Below are positions 14,583-26,138 of a stretch of 33,893 bases of DNA, piece by piece (the first letter of the stretch is position 1; each line of letters opens with the position of its first letter). A model generated the notes under the pieces. The model saw only the letters and a list, made by a program, of their open reading frames with translations. It was not told the DNA's origin and did no database searches. This DNA comes from Coleofasciculus sp. B1-GNL1-01 (GTDB lineage: Bacteria > Cyanobacteriota > Cyanobacteriia > Cyanobacteriales > Coleofasciculaceae), in assembly GCA_040220235.1 (NCBI GenBank), contig JAVJTO010000100.1. The stretch is one strand, 5' to 3'. The translations under genes and the position numbers were made by a program.

Positions 14583-16361
14583 ATGGCATGGACGCCGGGA
14601 CACCAGTTAAAAAGTCGCCCCTTTGTGGTGGATTGTGTCCTGGGAGAGGGCGGATTCGGAATTACCTACAAAGTCCATCATCAAGCCCTAAACCAGGATT
14701 TTGTGATTAAAACGCCCAACGCCCGTTTAATAAATGACCCGGAGTATCAGAAGTATCTGAACCGCTTTATTAAAGAAGGACAGATAGTCGCTAAAATTTG
14801 TCATGACCCCCATCCCCATATTGTCCGGGTGACGGATTTGTTTGAAGAGGCGGGGATTCACTGTCTGGTGATGGATTATGTCCCTGGGGAAAGTTTATGG
14901 AAATACGTGCAGAACCAAGGCGCGTTGTCAGAAGCCCAAGCGGTGCGATATATTCGCCAGATTGGGGATGCGCTGCGTGTGGTGCATCAAGCGGGATTAG
15001 TGCATCGGGATGCCACACCTTTGAATATTATGGTGCGAAGTCCGGAAAAAGCGGTATTAATTGATTTTGGCATTGCTAAGGGATTAATCCCCACCACGAG
15101 TACAACCACGGATAAAGCCGGGAATCGGGGATTTGCCCCCTATGAACAGATGCTACGTGGGAATCGTAAGGTTACGGTTGATGTGTATACCCTAGCGGCA
15201 TCTTTATATTATGCGGTGACGGGTCAGCGTCCCATGGATTCCTTTTCTCGCAAGTTAGATGATGCCGAATTAATACCACCGCAACAGCTTATTCCTGGGT
15301 TAAGTGATGCCACGAACCAGGCTATTTTATCGGGAATGGCATTAGAAGCCAAAAATCGCCCCCAATCAATCGAAGCGTGGTTAGCATTATTAACGTTTGA
15401 ACCGCCAATTATCCTGTCGGTGACATCTTCATCCGTTGAGAGTTCAGCCACAGTTCAGCCTGCAAAAACAGCCAAAACCCTACCTGTGTCAGCATTTGAC
15501 TTTGAGGTGGTGACAGTGGAGGTTAAATCGGGGGTGTTGGGGAAGGAAAGAAAACTAACGCTGAATCGTCGCTCTCATCAGGCTTACCATTACATTGAAA
15601 CCCTTGGCGATGTGCCTCTGGAAATGGTGGCGATTCCGGGGGGTACATTCCTAATGGGTTCACCAGAAACTGAGGACGGACATTCTGGCGATGAAAGTCC
15701 CCAGCATTGGGTGACGATTAAACCCTTCTTCTTGGGTAAATACCCTATCACTCAGGCGCAATGGCAAGCGGTGGCTCATTTGCCCAAAGTTGAGCGAGAA
15801 CTTGACCCTGAACCCTCTTACTTTAAAGGAGAAAACCGTCCTGTCGAGCAGGTATCATGGTATGATTGTGTGGAGTTTTGTGCGCGGTTATCGCAGTACA
15901 CAGGTTGGAACTACCGACTTCCTAGCGAAGCGGAATGGGAATATGCCTGTCGTGCTGGAACAACAACACCGTTTCATTTTGGCGAGACGATTACCACCGA
16001 TTTAGCCAACTATGACGGGAATGATACGTATGGTGCAGGTTCTAAGGGCAAGTGTCGTGAGGAAACTACTTCCGTGGGCAGTTTTCAAATCGCGAATGCC
16101 TTTGGCTTGTACGATATGCATGGAAATGTGTGGGAATGGTGTCTTGACCAATGGCATGATAGTTATGAAGGTGCGCCGTCAGAGGGTCAAGCTTGGATAA
16201 TTGACAATAATAATGATAATCATTATCGGCTGTTGCGCGGTGGTTCGTGGTACAACAATCCCAGGGTCTGTCGTTGTGCCTTTCGCTTCTGGAATACCCC
16301 AGGCCTCTGGAGCAACTACCGCGGGTTTCGGGTTGTCTGTGGTGCGGCGTGGACTCTTTAG
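14583..16361 (+). CDS. Ser/Thr protein kinase fused to FGE-sulfatase (CLec-fold) domain; probable DGR target protein
   Basis: GEGGFGITY, HRD, DFG; RLPSEAEWEYACRAG, DMHGNVWEWC, RGGSW..GFRVV; start set at ATG 14583 because the upstream extension crosses a small palindrome. Confidence 0.9.
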   Translation: MAWTPGHQLKSRPFVVDCVLGEGGFGITYKVHHQALNQDFVIKTPNARLINDPEYQKYLNRFIKEGQIVAKICHDPHPHIVRVTDLFEEAGIHCLVMDYVPGESLWKYVQNQGALSEAQAVRYIRQIGDALRVVHQAGLVHRDATPLNIMVRSPEKAVLIDFGIAKGLIPTTSTTTDKAGNRGFAPYEQMLRGNRKVTVDVYTLAASLYYAVTGQRPMDSFSRKLDDAELIPPQQLIPGLSDATNQAILSGMALEAKNRPQSIEAWLALLTFEPPIILSVTSSSVESSATVQPAKTAKTLPVSAFDFEVVTVEVKSGVLGKERKLTLNRRSHQAYHYIETLGDVPLEMVAIPGGTFLMGSPETEDGHSGDESPQHWVTIKPFFLGKYPITQAQWQAVAHLPKVERELDPEPSYFKGENRPVEQVSWYDCVEFCARLSQYTGWNYRLPSEAEWEYACRAGTTTPFHFGETITTDLANYDGNDTYGAGSKGKCREETTSVGSFQIANAFGLYDMHGNVWEWCLDQWHDSYEGAPSEGQAWIIDNNNDNHYRLLRGGSWYNNPRVCRCAFRFWNTPGLWSNYRGFRVVCGAAWTL

Positions 16362-16438
16362 CACTTGTCCCTTTTGCCCTTTTACCCTTTACCCTGTTTT
16401 CTTTTCCCTCTTCCCGCCGCAGGCGGGTCGATTTTTTT
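16230..16438 (+). other. Putative DGR variable repeat with downstream pyrimidine tract and hairpin
   Basis: Run of NNC/NNT/NGG codons between RGGSW and GFR; CCCGCC-GCA-GGCGGG hairpin at 16413-16427 followed by T7. Confidence 0.6.
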
Positions 16439-16583
16439 CATCAGCTAAGTTCGTAGTTGCGCTGTCTTCGCCATCAACGCTTGTATTGCTTACTACTGGA
16501 GTGGTACAGGTAAAGTCGTGATATAGATACTACCATAAAATCGGGCGCACGTCAGATGTTCGATAGTTTGGCGGTTGTCGCGG

Positions 16584-16673
16584 CTGTAGGGGATGTAGGG
16601 GTTGTAGGGGCTGTAGGGGCGAGTCGCTGCATCAATGTTCGGTGCGAGAATTAACCTATATCGACTCGCCCCT
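16584..16673. repeat. REP-like palindrome preceded by 9-bp tandem TGTAGGGG units
   Basis: Four TGTAGGGG units; AGGGGCGAGTCG ... CGACTCGCCCCT inverted repeat. Confidence 0.65.
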
Positions 16674-16810
16674 GTCTCAATGGGGAGTTTGGTAAGTAGT
16701 CGGACTTTCATTAAAGTTAACGATTGAGATTAAACAATAAGCTGTTTGGCATTTAAACCTTAATATCAATAATGGCGAAAGCCGTGTAGTGCGAGCATCT
16801 TGCTCGCTAC

Positions 16811-16904
16811 TATAGCAGTCGCCAGGGTCATTAGGACATCAGATGAATGCCGCTTATTGTGTCGATGCACGTTTAGTGTCCTAACCGTTGTGGCGGTTGC
16901 TATA
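16811..16904. mobile_element. 94-bp MITE with TATAGCA-N13-TTAGGACA inverted ends (IS630-like)
   Basis: Ends match 20/28; solitary ends at 16926-16953 and 19886-19913; TATAGCA is shared with the IS630 end at 970-976. Confidence 0.65.
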
Positions 16905-17089
16905 ATACCCAATTTAAATGCATGATATAGCAATAGACACATCGATTAGGACATTCGGCACCATTGTAGAGACGTTGCATGCAACGTCTCTACCAAATGA
17001 TGCTTAAAATCAAAAAGAAAGCGATACCTTGATATAAACCCCTCCCTAACCCTCCCCTTGCCAAGGGGAGGGAACTCGAATAGCTAAAG

Positions 17090-19657
17090 TCAACCCGTCA
17101 CTACAAAATTAACCAGCTTTCCAGGTACAACAATCACCTTTTTCACCGTCTTACCCGTGATATAACGCTGGGCAACCTCTGACTCCCTGGCGTACTGTTC
17201 CAAGGCTGATTTATCGGAATCGGCGGGAACCTGAATTGTGCCACGAGTTTTACCCATAATTTGAATCACCAGGGTAATCTCATCAGCCACTAATGCCTCT
17301 GGTTCAAAGGTACACCAAGGTTGCAGGTGTACTGAATCAGTATGACCAATTCCATGCCATAACTCTTCAGCGATATGGGGGGCAAAGGGGGCTAATAATA
17401 GAATCAGTGTTTCGATTCCTTCGGCGTAAACGGGGGAGTTTTTGCACTTGGCATCACCGAGGGCGTTGCTGAGTTTCATTAACTCGGAAACCGCTGTATT
17501 AAATTGATAGTCCCCATCTAAATCATCAGTGACTTCTTTAATCGCTGTGTGAATTGCCCGCCGCAGGTCTTTTTCGGGTTTACTTAACTCATTGGGAGTG
17601 GTGGTGGAACGGTTCGTTCCTTTTGCCGTAAACTCCTCCACCAACCGCCAAACCCGATTCAGGAAACGGAATTGCCCTTCCACATCTGCATCATCCCATT
17701 CCAGGTCTTTTTCTGGGGGGGCTTTAAATAGGATAAACATCCGGGCGGTATCGGCACCATATTTGTTAATTACCTCTTCAGGTGCAACCCCGTTATATTT
17801 AGATTTGGACATAGTTTTGTAGGACACCTCCAACGTTTCCCCGGTTTCTGGGTCTTTGGGGTCACTGGGGTTGACTTCTACCGAGGGAATCCATTTCCCG
17901 GTTCTGGGGTTCATATAGGTTAACCCCTGCACCATCCCCTGAGTTAACAGACGCTGGAACGGTTCATCAAAATTAAGTAAACCGCGATCGCGCAAAAATT
18001 TGGTGAAGAAGCGGGAGTACAATAGGTGCAAAATCGCATGTTCGATACCACCCACGTACTGGTCTACGGGCATCCAGTCATTGGTTTTACTGGAGTCAAA
18101 CACCTGCTGGTGATTATTCGCATCAGGATAACGCAGGAAATACCAGGATGAATCAATAAACGTATCCATCGTATCCGTTTCCCGTTTCGCCGCTGTACCA
18201 CAGGTGGGACAAGGCACATCCGCCCATCCCTCCACCTGGGATAAGGAGGCAACTCGCCCGCCACTCATGGCTACATTTTCCGGTAATGCTACAGGCAGAT
18301 CTTGCTCCGGAACCGGGACAATGCCACAATCAGGACAGTAAATCACCGGAATCGGTGCGCCCCAATAGCGTTGGCGGGAAATTAACCAATCCCGCAGGCG
18401 GTACTGTATCCGGGCTTTCCCCCATCCTTTACGTTCGGCGTATTTGACAATCTCTGCTTTGGCGGCGATGGATTCCATCCCATTAAACAAGTCAGAATTC
18501 ACCACCACACCGGGTTCAGTATACGCCTGTTTCGGTTCAGCTTTCGGGTCAGCCGCATCTGCGGCGACAATTACCGTCTTGATGGGTAACTGCTGTTCCT
18601 TGGCAAATTGGAAATCCCGCGCATCATGGGCGGGAACCCCCATCACCGCCCCTGTACCATATTCATAGAGGACGTAATCGGCAATCCAAATCGGGATTTT
18701 TTCCCCAGTAAACGGATTCATCGCCTTACCCCCAGTGGGAATCCCCCGTTTCGGCTTATCCTCAGCCGTGCGTTCTAATTCGCTTTCCTGAGTTACCTCT
18801 TGAATAAAGGCATCAACCGCAGCTTTGCGGTCAGGAGTCGTAACCTTTGGGGTTAAGGGATGTTCCGGCGCTAACACCACATACGTCACGCCATAAACCG
18901 TATCTGGGCGAGTGGTAAACACACCGATTTTTTCCTCTAACCCAATAATCGGAAACTCTAAATAAGCGCCGACGGATTTGCCAATCCAGTTGGCTTGCAT
19001 CAACTTCACCCGTTCGGGCCATCCCTCCAGCTTATCTAAATCGTTGAGTAATTGTTCCGCATAATCGGTAATTTTCAGGAACCACTGGCGCAATAGTTTC
19101 CGTTCCACTTTCGCACCGGAACGCCAGGAACGCCCCTCACTATCCACTTGTTCATTGGCGAGTACGGTTTGGTCAATCGGGTCCCAGTTGACAGCGGCTT
19201 CTTTCTGATAAGCTAAACCAGCGTGGAGAAACTGCAAAAAAATCCACTGCGTCCACTTATAATAGTCCGGCGCACAGGTTGCCAGTTCCCGGTTCCAATC
19301 GTAGGACAATCCCAGACGCTTTAACTCAGACTGCATCTGAGTAATATTTTGATAGGTCCACTTGGCGGGATGGACACCGCGTTGAATCGCCGCATTTTCG
19401 GCAGGTAGTCCAAAGGCATCCCACCCCATCGGATGCAGGACACGATAGCCCTGCATCCGGCTTTTGCGGGCAATGACATCGGTAATTGTATAGTTACGGA
19501 CGTGACCCATGTGCAGGTTGCCCGATGGATAGGGGAACATGGACAGGGCATAGAATTTGGGCTTATCTGCCTTGTCCTGGGTTTGGTCTAGGTTTTGGTG
19601 TGACCAATGGGTTTGCCACTTTTCCTCTATCTCGACGGGGTTATAACGCGACTCCAC
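17090..19657 (-). CDS. leuS: Leucine--tRNA ligase
   Basis: [13 protein letters not shown] (HIGH), TMSKSK (KMSKS), editing domain [19 protein letters not shown]. Confidence 0.98.
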   Translation of the reverse strand: MESRYNPVEIEEKWQTHWSHQNLDQTQDKADKPKFYALSMFPYPSGNLHMGHVRNYTITDVIARKSRMQGYRVLHPMGWDAFGLPAENAAIQRGVHPAKWTYQNITQMQSELKRLGLSYDWNRELATCAPDYYKWTQWIFLQFLHAGLAYQKEAAVNWDPIDQTVLANEQVDSEGRSWRSGAKVERKLLRQWFLKITDYAEQLLNDLDKLEGWPERVKLMQANWIGKSVGAYLEFPIIGLEEKIGVFTTRPDTVYGVTYVVLAPEHPLTPKVTTPDRKAAVDAFIQEVTQESELERTAEDKPKRGIPTGGKAMNPFTGEKIPIWIADYVLYEYGTGAVMGVPAHDARDFQFAKEQQLPIKTVIVAADAADPKAEPKQAYTEPGVVVNSDLFNGMESIAAKAEIVKYAERKGWGKARIQYRLRDWLISRQRYWGAPIPVIYCPDCGIVPVPEQDLPVALPENVAMSGGRVASLSQVEGWADVPCPTCGTAAKRETDTMDTFIDSSWYFLRYPDANNHQQVFDSSKTNDWMPVDQYVGGIEHAILHLLYSRFFTKFLRDRGLLNFDEPFQRLLTQGMVQGLTYMNPRTGKWIPSVEVNPSDPKDPETGETLEVSYKTMSKSKYNGVAPEEVINKYGADTARMFILFKAPPEKDLEWDDADVEGQFRFLNRVWRLVEEFTAKGTNRSTTTPNELSKPEKDLRRAIHTAIKEVTDDLDGDYQFNTAVSELMKLSNALGDAKCKNSPVYAEGIETLILLLAPFAPHIAEELWHGIGHTDSVHLQPWCTFEPEALVADEITLVIQIMGKTRGTIQVPADSDKSALEQYARESEVAQRYITGKTVKKVIVVPGKLVNFVVTG

Positions 19658-19801
19658 AAAAGAATCTCCTACAGGGTTGAACTCATCCGTTTTAACAATT
19701 TTGGCACATCATCAGGGGAGATGAGGAGTTTGTATGTAGTAAGGGCTTTAGCCCCTTACAATCTTGAGTTGACTACTAGCGTGACAGCGTGACAGCAAGA
19801 A

Positions 19802-19850
19802 GAGGCGATTGAAATCGCTGCTACACAAACAAAGTCCGCCTGCGCGGACT
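19802..19850. repeat. REP-like double hairpin
   Basis: GCGATT-GA-AATCGC and AGTCCGC-CTGC-GCGGACT. Confidence 0.6.
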
Positions 19851-20011
19851 GGGTTATAACAGGGGTAGCTAACCCGGATTTGGTATATAGCACTACGAGG
19901 ATACGTTAGGATATCAGTTGATCTGATCCCAAGAGGGAACAGGGAACGTCTTTACGAGATTTCTGTTAATTGTCCCCAATCCTCTTTCCGCACCCTGAAC
20001 TGTAATAATAA

Positions 20012-21037
20012 TTAGCTAATTTGCAGCACAATTCGACCATTTACTTGACCGTTTCTGAGACGATCAAAAATCTGATTAATTTCCTCTAACGGCTGCTTCT
20101 CCAAGGTTGGCTTCACCTTGCCTTCTGCCGCAAATTCTAAGCATTCTTGCATATCTTTGCGCGTCCCAACAATCGAACCGCGAATCGTAATTCGTTTTAA
20201 TACCACTTCAAAGATAGGTGTGGGAAACTCTCCGGGAGGTAGCCCAACTAAAGCACAAGTGCCACCTCGTCGCAGCGTCCCCAAGGCTTGACGAAACGCT
20301 GCGGTAGACACAGCCGTAACTAAAGCCCCATGCGCCCCACCAATTTTCTCTTGTACCACCGTGGCGGGGTCTTCTTTGGTCACATTCACCGTCAATTCTG
20401 CCCCCAATTGCTTGGCTAATTCCAGCTTCTCATCGCTGGTATCTAAGGCGACAACATGAAGTGCTAAAGCTTTGGCATACTGGACAGCAATGTGACCTAA
20501 ACCACCAATACCAGAAATCACCACCCATTCTCCGGGTTTAGTATTAGTTTCTTTCAAACCTTTGTACGTGGTTACCCCAGCGCAGAGAATCGGACTCGCA
20601 TCAGCAAAATCAACACCATCGGGAATCGGACTTACATAGTCAGCCGGCGCCACCATATACTCGGCATAACCGCCGTTGACGGAGTAGCCTGTGTTTTCTT
20701 GATCAGGACACAAGGTTTCCCAACCCGTGAAGCAATATTCACAATGACCACAAGCACTATGCAGCCAAGGAACACCGACGCGATCGCCTTCTTTATATAA
20801 CGTTACGCCATCACCCACAGCGGCGACATAACCCGCGCCCTCATGTCCAGGAATAAAAGGCAAGGTAGGCTTTACGGGCCAATCCCCATCCGCCGCATGT
20901 AAGTCAGTATGGCAGACACCACAGGTAGCGGTACGGATGAGAACTTGTCCGGCTTTGGGTTCTGGAATCGGAACCTCTTCAATTGATAGGGGTTCGCCAA
21001 ATTTATGCACCACGGCGGCTTTCATCGTCTTTGCCAT
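20012..21037 (-). CDS. adhP: Zn-dependent alcohol dehydrogenase (AdhP/AdhA type)
   Basis: GVCHTD, GHEGAG, CGHCEYC..C structural Zn site, GIGGLG. Confidence 0.93.
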   Translation of the reverse strand: MAKTMKAAVVHKFGEPLSIEEVPIPEPKAGQVLIRTATCGVCHTDLHAADGDWPVKPTLPFIPGHEGAGYVAAVGDGVTLYKEGDRVGVPWLHSACGHCEYCFTGWETLCPDQENTGYSVNGGYAEYMVAPADYVSPIPDGVDFADASPILCAGVTTYKGLKETNTKPGEWVVISGIGGLGHIAVQYAKALALHVVALDTSDEKLELAKQLGAELTVNVTKEDPATVVQEKIGGAHGALVTAVSTAAFRQALGTLRRGGTCALVGLPPGEFPTPIFEVVLKRITIRGSIVGTRKDMQECLEFAAEGKVKPTLEKQPLEEINQIFDRLRNGQVNGRIVLQIS

Positions 21038-21299
21038 AACCTTTATCCTTTCTGACTTGTCGGATTTGCTTGGCTTGATTTTATGTTCACCTCCCCTGGA
21101 ATTGCACCCTCGCAGGGAGGATATATGGGGGGAGAGTTTTGACCCTTCATAATAATGTCCTGACGATTGCCCATAATTGCAATGCTTTAAAAATCAGGAT
21201 TATTATCATCCACCTAGCTTGTTGATCCAGTAACTCCAGTTAGTGATCAAAAGAAGTCATAAGTAGGTAGGTAGGGACGTGCCATGGTACATATTAATT

Positions 21300-21431
21300 A
21301 TAGGGACGGGTTTAGGCATTGTAGGGGCGGGTTTAGGGACTAACGCTAATTAAGATCTGATAACTGAACAACAAAACCCGCGCTTATTCAACCCGATAAT
21401 TGACCGATAATTGACCAACAAAATCCGCCTT
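21300..21431. repeat. REP-like nested palindromic repeat, second copy
   Basis: TTGTAGGGGCGGGTTTAGGGACTAA and AACAACAAAACCCGC shared with 2037-2160. Confidence 0.75.
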
Positions 21432-21541
21432 TAGATGCTTCGCTTCGCTCAGCATAACAGATTCTACCAGAAAGCAATACCTTAAGACAAACCCCTCCCT
21501 AACCCTCCCCTTATCAAGGGGAGGGAATTCAAATTCCTAAT

Positions 21542-22963
21542 TCAATCACATCGCCAAATCTTAATGGTTTTATCCGCACTTCCACTGACAAGAATTTGCC
21601 CATCTAAACTAATCGCCACGGCATGTACAGCAGCCGCATGACCTTTGAGGGTGCGAAGTTTCCGTCCTTTTCTAACCTGCCACAATTTAATCGTTTTGTC
21701 AGCGCTACCACTAGCAAGAATCTGCCCATCAGGACTAAATGCCACCGCATTAACCCGATCATGATGCCCCTTTAAGGTTCGCAGTATCCGTCCACTACTG
21801 AGTTGCCAAAGTTTAATCGTTCCATCGGCACTCCCACTGGCAAGAATCTGCCCATCAGAACTAAAGGCTACCCCATTTACGGTATCAGTATGACCAGTAA
21901 GTGTATGTAATTCCCGCGCCTTTCCCACCTGCCATAACTTAATTGTTTTATCGCTACTCCCACTGGCGAGAATCTTGCCATCTGGACTAATTGCCACCCC
22001 ATTGACTCCAGCAGTATGACCCTTAAACGTGCGTAGTTCTCGCCCTTTAATCAGAGACCAAAGTTTAATCGTTTTATCATCGCTACCACTGGCAATTAAC
22101 TTACCATCGGGACTAATTGTCACCGACTTAATTCCAGCAAATAAACCTGAATGTCCGGTTAAGGTTCGTCGTTCCTTTGCGGTACTAAGTTGCCAAAGTT
22201 TAATCGTTTTATCATTCCCCCCACTCACCAAAATTTGCCCATCGGGACTAATCGCAATGGATTGAACATAGCCAAACCTACCTGCATGTCCTTTGAGAGT
22301 TTGCTGTTCCTTTCCCGTTTGCACATCCCATAATTTAATGGTTCCATCTGTACTACCACTAACCACTGTTTCTCGATCTGGACTAATCGCAACAGCGTAG
22401 ACAAAGTAAGTATGACCTTTAAGAGTATGAACACAGCGCCAGTTCTGCTGGAGTGGCTGCAAGACTACATTTTGTAGCTTACTAATGCAGAAAAGGACAT
22501 CTTGATAGTCTCGCAAATCTTGGTATTGCCAATACAGACTAGCGGCTTGATTAAAATCCGCGATCGCCTGTCGGTGTTCGCCCAGTTGAGAATACGCCAG
22601 TCCGCGATATTTATAGGCTTTAACTAAATCCACATCCAGCCAAATCGCTTTACTAAAATAGTCGATTGCTTGCTGATATTGACAATCCTTTGCCAGTTCC
22701 ATTCCCCACTGGTAATAGGTTGTCGCATCCACATCCTGGTCAACCTCTGGCTGAGGTAACACCGGAGTGTATGACTTCAGATTTTGGTAAGCCTCATTTA
22801 TTTTTTTAAGTTTCTCTTGTCCTTTAGCTTGTCGTTGCGGATCATCAGGAAAACGATCCGGATGCCAACGTCTAGCTAATTCCCGATAAGCTTGTTTAAC
22901 TTCTTCTAAAGACGCACCCGGTTGCAGTCCCAAAATTACATAATACTGATTAAGCTGATCCAT
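21542..22963 (-). CDS. DnaJ domain + TPR + WD40 repeat protein
   Basis: HPD motif in J-domain, TPR helices, seven GH...W repeats. Confidence 0.9.
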   Translation of the reverse strand: MDQLNQYYVILGLQPGASLEEVKQAYRELARRWHPDRFPDDPQRQAKGQEKLKKINEAYQNLKSYTPVLPQPEVDQDVDATTYYQWGMELAKDCQYQQAIDYFSKAIWLDVDLVKAYKYRGLAYSQLGEHRQAIADFNQAASLYWQYQDLRDYQDVLFCISKLQNVVLQPLQQNWRCVHTLKGHTYFVYAVAISPDRETVVSGSTDGTIKLWDVQTGKEQQTLKGHAGRFGYVQSIAISPDGQILVSGGNDKTIKLWQLSTAKERRTLTGHSGLFAGIKSVTISPDGKLIASGSDDKTIKLWSLIKGRELRTFKGHTAGVNGVAISPDGKILASGSSDKTIKLWQVGKARELHTLTGHTDTVNGVAFSSDGQILASGSADGTIKLWQLSSGRILRTLKGHHDRVNAVAFSPDGQILASGSADKTIKLWQVRKGRKLRTLKGHAAAVHAVAISLDGQILVSGSADKTIKIWRCD

Positions 22964-23006
22964 AAAACTGATGAATTATGAATTTTAATTCCCTGTTCCC
23001 TGTTCC

Positions 23007-24878
23007 CTATTGCCCATATCGCCAAATCTTAATTGTGCCATCGCCACTTCCACTGATAATCATTTGTCCATCTTGACTCAATGCAATCGAATTCACATCC
23101 CTGGTATGTCCCGCTAACGTCGCCGCCACCTTACCACCATGCAAATCCCACACCTTAATTGTGGCATCAGCACTACCACTAACCAGCATTCGTCCATTAT
23201 GACTGAATCTTACCGTTCGCACCCAATCCCCATGTCCTCTGAGAGTAGCCAAGAGTTTACCGTTCCCTAAATGCCATAATTTAATCGTCGTATCGCTGCT
23301 ACCACTGGCGAGTATTTTTCCCTGGGGGTTAATCGCCACAGAATTGACATCCCGTTCATGACCTGTAAAAGTATTGACTAATTCACCATTATCCAGACAC
23401 CATAACTGCACCGTGTTATCACTACTCCCACTCACCAAAAATTGCCCATCGGGGCTAAAAGTAACTGAATTAATCCCGCGTGAATAGTGGAAGGTGTGGA
23501 GTAAATTTCCCGTATCAATTTGCCAGACTTTAATGATTTGGCGATCGCTACCACTTGCCAGGAATTGCCCATCAGGACTAATTGCCAAACATATCGACAC
23601 TCTCGCATCGAAATAATCCGTGATCGTACAGCTTACAAAACCGGATTGCCACTGCCATAATTCGAGCGTGTCATCCACACTACCACTCGCCAAAATTTGA
23701 CCGTCAGGACTAAACGCCACCGACAACACAGGTTTTATATGTTTGATCAGCGTATGCAACAATTCCCCTGTCTGAATATTCCACAATTTAACCGTTTTAT
23801 CAAAACTTCCACTCGCCATACATTGTTCATCGGGACTAATTGCCACTGAACAAACCGAACTTGAATGACCGATGAGCGTATGAATGCATTTCCACGTTTT
23901 TTTCTGAGTAATAAGTTGATTAATTTTCGGTATAGTTAGCCTTTGAACTTGAGCAAAATAGCGGTGACGTGTCGTCAGTGAATCAGGATTCAAGTCCTGT
24001 AAAACATCTCGCGCTTTTTGATAGCGCCGCCGGACGGGACGTTGCAACAATTTATCGAGAATTTGCTCTAATTCCGGACTCAGGGATGTAGTTAAATAAT
24101 CTCGCCACACCCAATCCCCCTCATTCACACAATAAAGTTCTAGGGGATGGCGTCGAGTCAACAGATGAATACAAGTGACACCCAGACTATACAAATCACT
24201 CGCAAAAAACGCTTGTCCTAACGCCTGTTCTGGTGCCGCATAGCCAGCCGAACCAATAATCGTTCCTTTGCGAGTGAGAGCGGTAATCGTAGCAAATTTA
24301 GCCGCACCAAAATCCACAAGTACCAGTTGTCCTTTTCTGGCTCCCCGGAAATTTGAGCAAGAACGACAAATCACATTGGCTGGCTTAATATCCCGATGAA
24401 TAACATTATGACTATGAATAAAATCTAGCAATAGCAACAAACTATTGAGTAAGTCTCGAATTTGCTGTTCAGTGAAAGCACCTTGATCGATTAACATTTG
24501 AGCTAAATCGTACCCCGGAATATATTCTTGTACCAAATACTGGCGATTATCCCGATTAAAATGGGCAAACAGTTCTGGAATTTGGGGATGGTAGCCTAAA
24601 TCATCAAGACGCACCGCTTCTTGCTCAAACAGTTCCGCCGCTTTCTGGACAGTATCGGTTCCTTGAGCTTGAGGATAAAATTGTTTGATGACACAATGCG
24701 GCTTAGACGGTTTATCCTCATCCACAGCTAAAAACGTTCTGCCAAATCCCCCCTGTCCAATCAATCGAAGCCCCCGATAACGCTCTCTCAATAGCAAATT
24801 TGACCCACAACTTTGGCAAAATCGATTACCATCGGGGTTCTCAGGCTGTAGGCATTTAGGGTTGAGACAGTAGCTCAT
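23007..24878 (-). CDS. Ser/Thr protein kinase with N-terminal 4-Cys motif and WD40 repeats
   Basis: MSYCLNPKC..FCQSCG, GQGGFGRT, HRDIKPAN, DFG, APE; seven WD40 repeats. Confidence 0.92.
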   Translation of the reverse strand: MSYCLNPKCLQPENPDGNRFCQSCGSNLLLRERYRGLRLIGQGGFGRTFLAVDEDKPSKPHCVIKQFYPQAQGTDTVQKAAELFEQEAVRLDDLGYHPQIPELFAHFNRDNRQYLVQEYIPGYDLAQMLIDQGAFTEQQIRDLLNSLLLLLDFIHSHNVIHRDIKPANVICRSCSNFRGARKGQLVLVDFGAAKFATITALTRKGTIIGSAGYAAPEQALGQAFFASDLYSLGVTCIHLLTRRHPLELYCVNEGDWVWRDYLTTSLSPELEQILDKLLQRPVRRRYQKARDVLQDLNPDSLTTRHRYFAQVQRLTIPKINQLITQKKTWKCIHTLIGHSSSVCSVAISPDEQCMASGSFDKTVKLWNIQTGELLHTLIKHIKPVLSVAFSPDGQILASGSVDDTLELWQWQSGFVSCTITDYFDARVSICLAISPDGQFLASGSDRQIIKVWQIDTGNLLHTFHYSRGINSVTFSPDGQFLVSGSSDNTVQLWCLDNGELVNTFTGHERDVNSVAINPQGKILASGSSDTTIKLWHLGNGKLLATLRGHGDWVRTVRFSHNGRMLVSGSADATIKVWDLHGGKVAATLAGHTRDVNSIALSQDGQMIISGSGDGTIKIWRYGQ

Positions 24879-25019
24879 AATTTGTTTATGTCATTTGTTT
24901 ATGTCATGTGTCATTTGAATCCAAGCCGTAGGAATGCACGAGTGTACTGTATGTATCTATAGTAAACCTTCGACGCACTGGCGACAGAGACAGCGATCGC
25001 GTCCCTTATTCTTCTCAGT

Positions 25020-25961
25020 TTAACTCTGGGTATTATCTTGTAACCAAGCGGTTAAATCGCTAACATCAGTGAAGGTTAGGACAGCATCGGCTAAGGCTTC
25101 TAGTTGCCCAGAGGATAATTGACGGAGGCGGGTTTGCAGTTCCGGCGCGATCGCTCCGATACGACGTTCTAATAAACGTAAGATTATTCCAATTTCTCCT
25201 TCTTGTTTACCTTGCTCTAAACCTTGTTCTAAACCTTGCTCTAAACCTTGTTCAATGCCTTTCAAAATAGCGCCACGTTGGTCTTCTAGAAACATCTGCT
25301 GCTTTTCTAGCGTTTCCAACTCTTCCAGACTTAAGTTCGCTTGATTAGCAATTCTAAACGCTTTCTGAATAGCAGCAACTTCATCCATTGTTTCCGGTAC
25401 ACTATCTAAGTTGCTCGTTTGTTTCATGAAATAAATCCATTTATCGGTTAATGTTTCCAATTCATTTAAATCTTTCTGAAAATTCGGCAACTCTACAAAA
25501 ATCAATTCTAAAGGATGTTCCGGATATATGAATAAATCCTCCATATCGGCAAAAGTAAATCGAGAAATAACTTTATTTCGCTGGGGAAACATCTGAAAAT
25601 CTGTAATCGTTAAAGCAATGACAGAATTCAGTCTTGAGTATCCTTCTCCCGATTTAAGTTGAGTCGCAAAGGTTTTAGCCGCATTGAAGACAACTCGTTT
25701 ATCAAAAGCAACGACATTTAATACTTGCATTTCAATGATAACGATTTTGTTTCCGGTGATTTTCGCCTTAACGTCCAAAAATGTGTCTTTTAGACCAGGA
25801 ATACTCGGCGGCAAATACGGATCGATAATCTCTAAGTCTTCGATGGTTGGATTACCTTCGTATAGAAGCGCATTTAAAAAGCTAATCAGGATGTCTTTAC
25901 TATCGGTAGAGCCGAATATTTTTTTGAAAGCAAAGTCTGTTTTGGGGTTGATAAAAGTCAT
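25020..25961 (-). CDS. Rpn-family PD-(D/E)XK nuclease / putative transposase with DUF4351-like C-terminus
   Basis: FINPKTDFAFKKIFG, LDVKA..IEMQ, GLEQ repeats, QLEALADAVLTF..L..WL; start may be ATG 25961 or three codons earlier. Confidence 0.88.
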   Translation of the reverse strand: MTFINPKTDFAFKKIFGSTDSKDILISFLNALLYEGNPTIEDLEIIDPYLPPSIPGLKDTFLDVKAKITGNKIVIIEMQVLNVVAFDKRVVFNAAKTFATQLKSGEGYSRLNSVIALTITDFQMFPQRNKVISRFTFADMEDLFIYPEHPLELIFVELPNFQKDLNELETLTDKWIYFMKQTSNLDSVPETMDEVAAIQKAFRIANQANLSLEELETLEKQQMFLEDQRGAILKGIEQGLEQGLEQGLEQGKQEGEIGIILRLLERRIGAIAPELQTRLRQLSSGQLEALADAVLTFTDVSDLTAWLQDNTQS

Positions 25962-26138
25962 ATATAGCACCTACTTTATTTATGGAATTACCGAGTAATA
26001 GGGGTAACATCAAAGAAAATAGTTTACAATTCTTGAGGTTAGCTATAGAGAAGAGGGGACTATAAAACATTGTATTATGTTATCAAGTTATTGACAGATA
26101 GAATCTTGATCGCGGCGCAAGGTTGACTGGACTGGAGT

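Noticed and set aside
16493..16711. 72-aa ORF with PYSPYNPYIPYS
   Set aside because: Product of the TGTAGGGG tandem/REP element
16362..17089. Local DGR template repeat or reverse transcriptase
   Set aside because: No AAC-rich copy of the variable region and no RT ORF seen in the window
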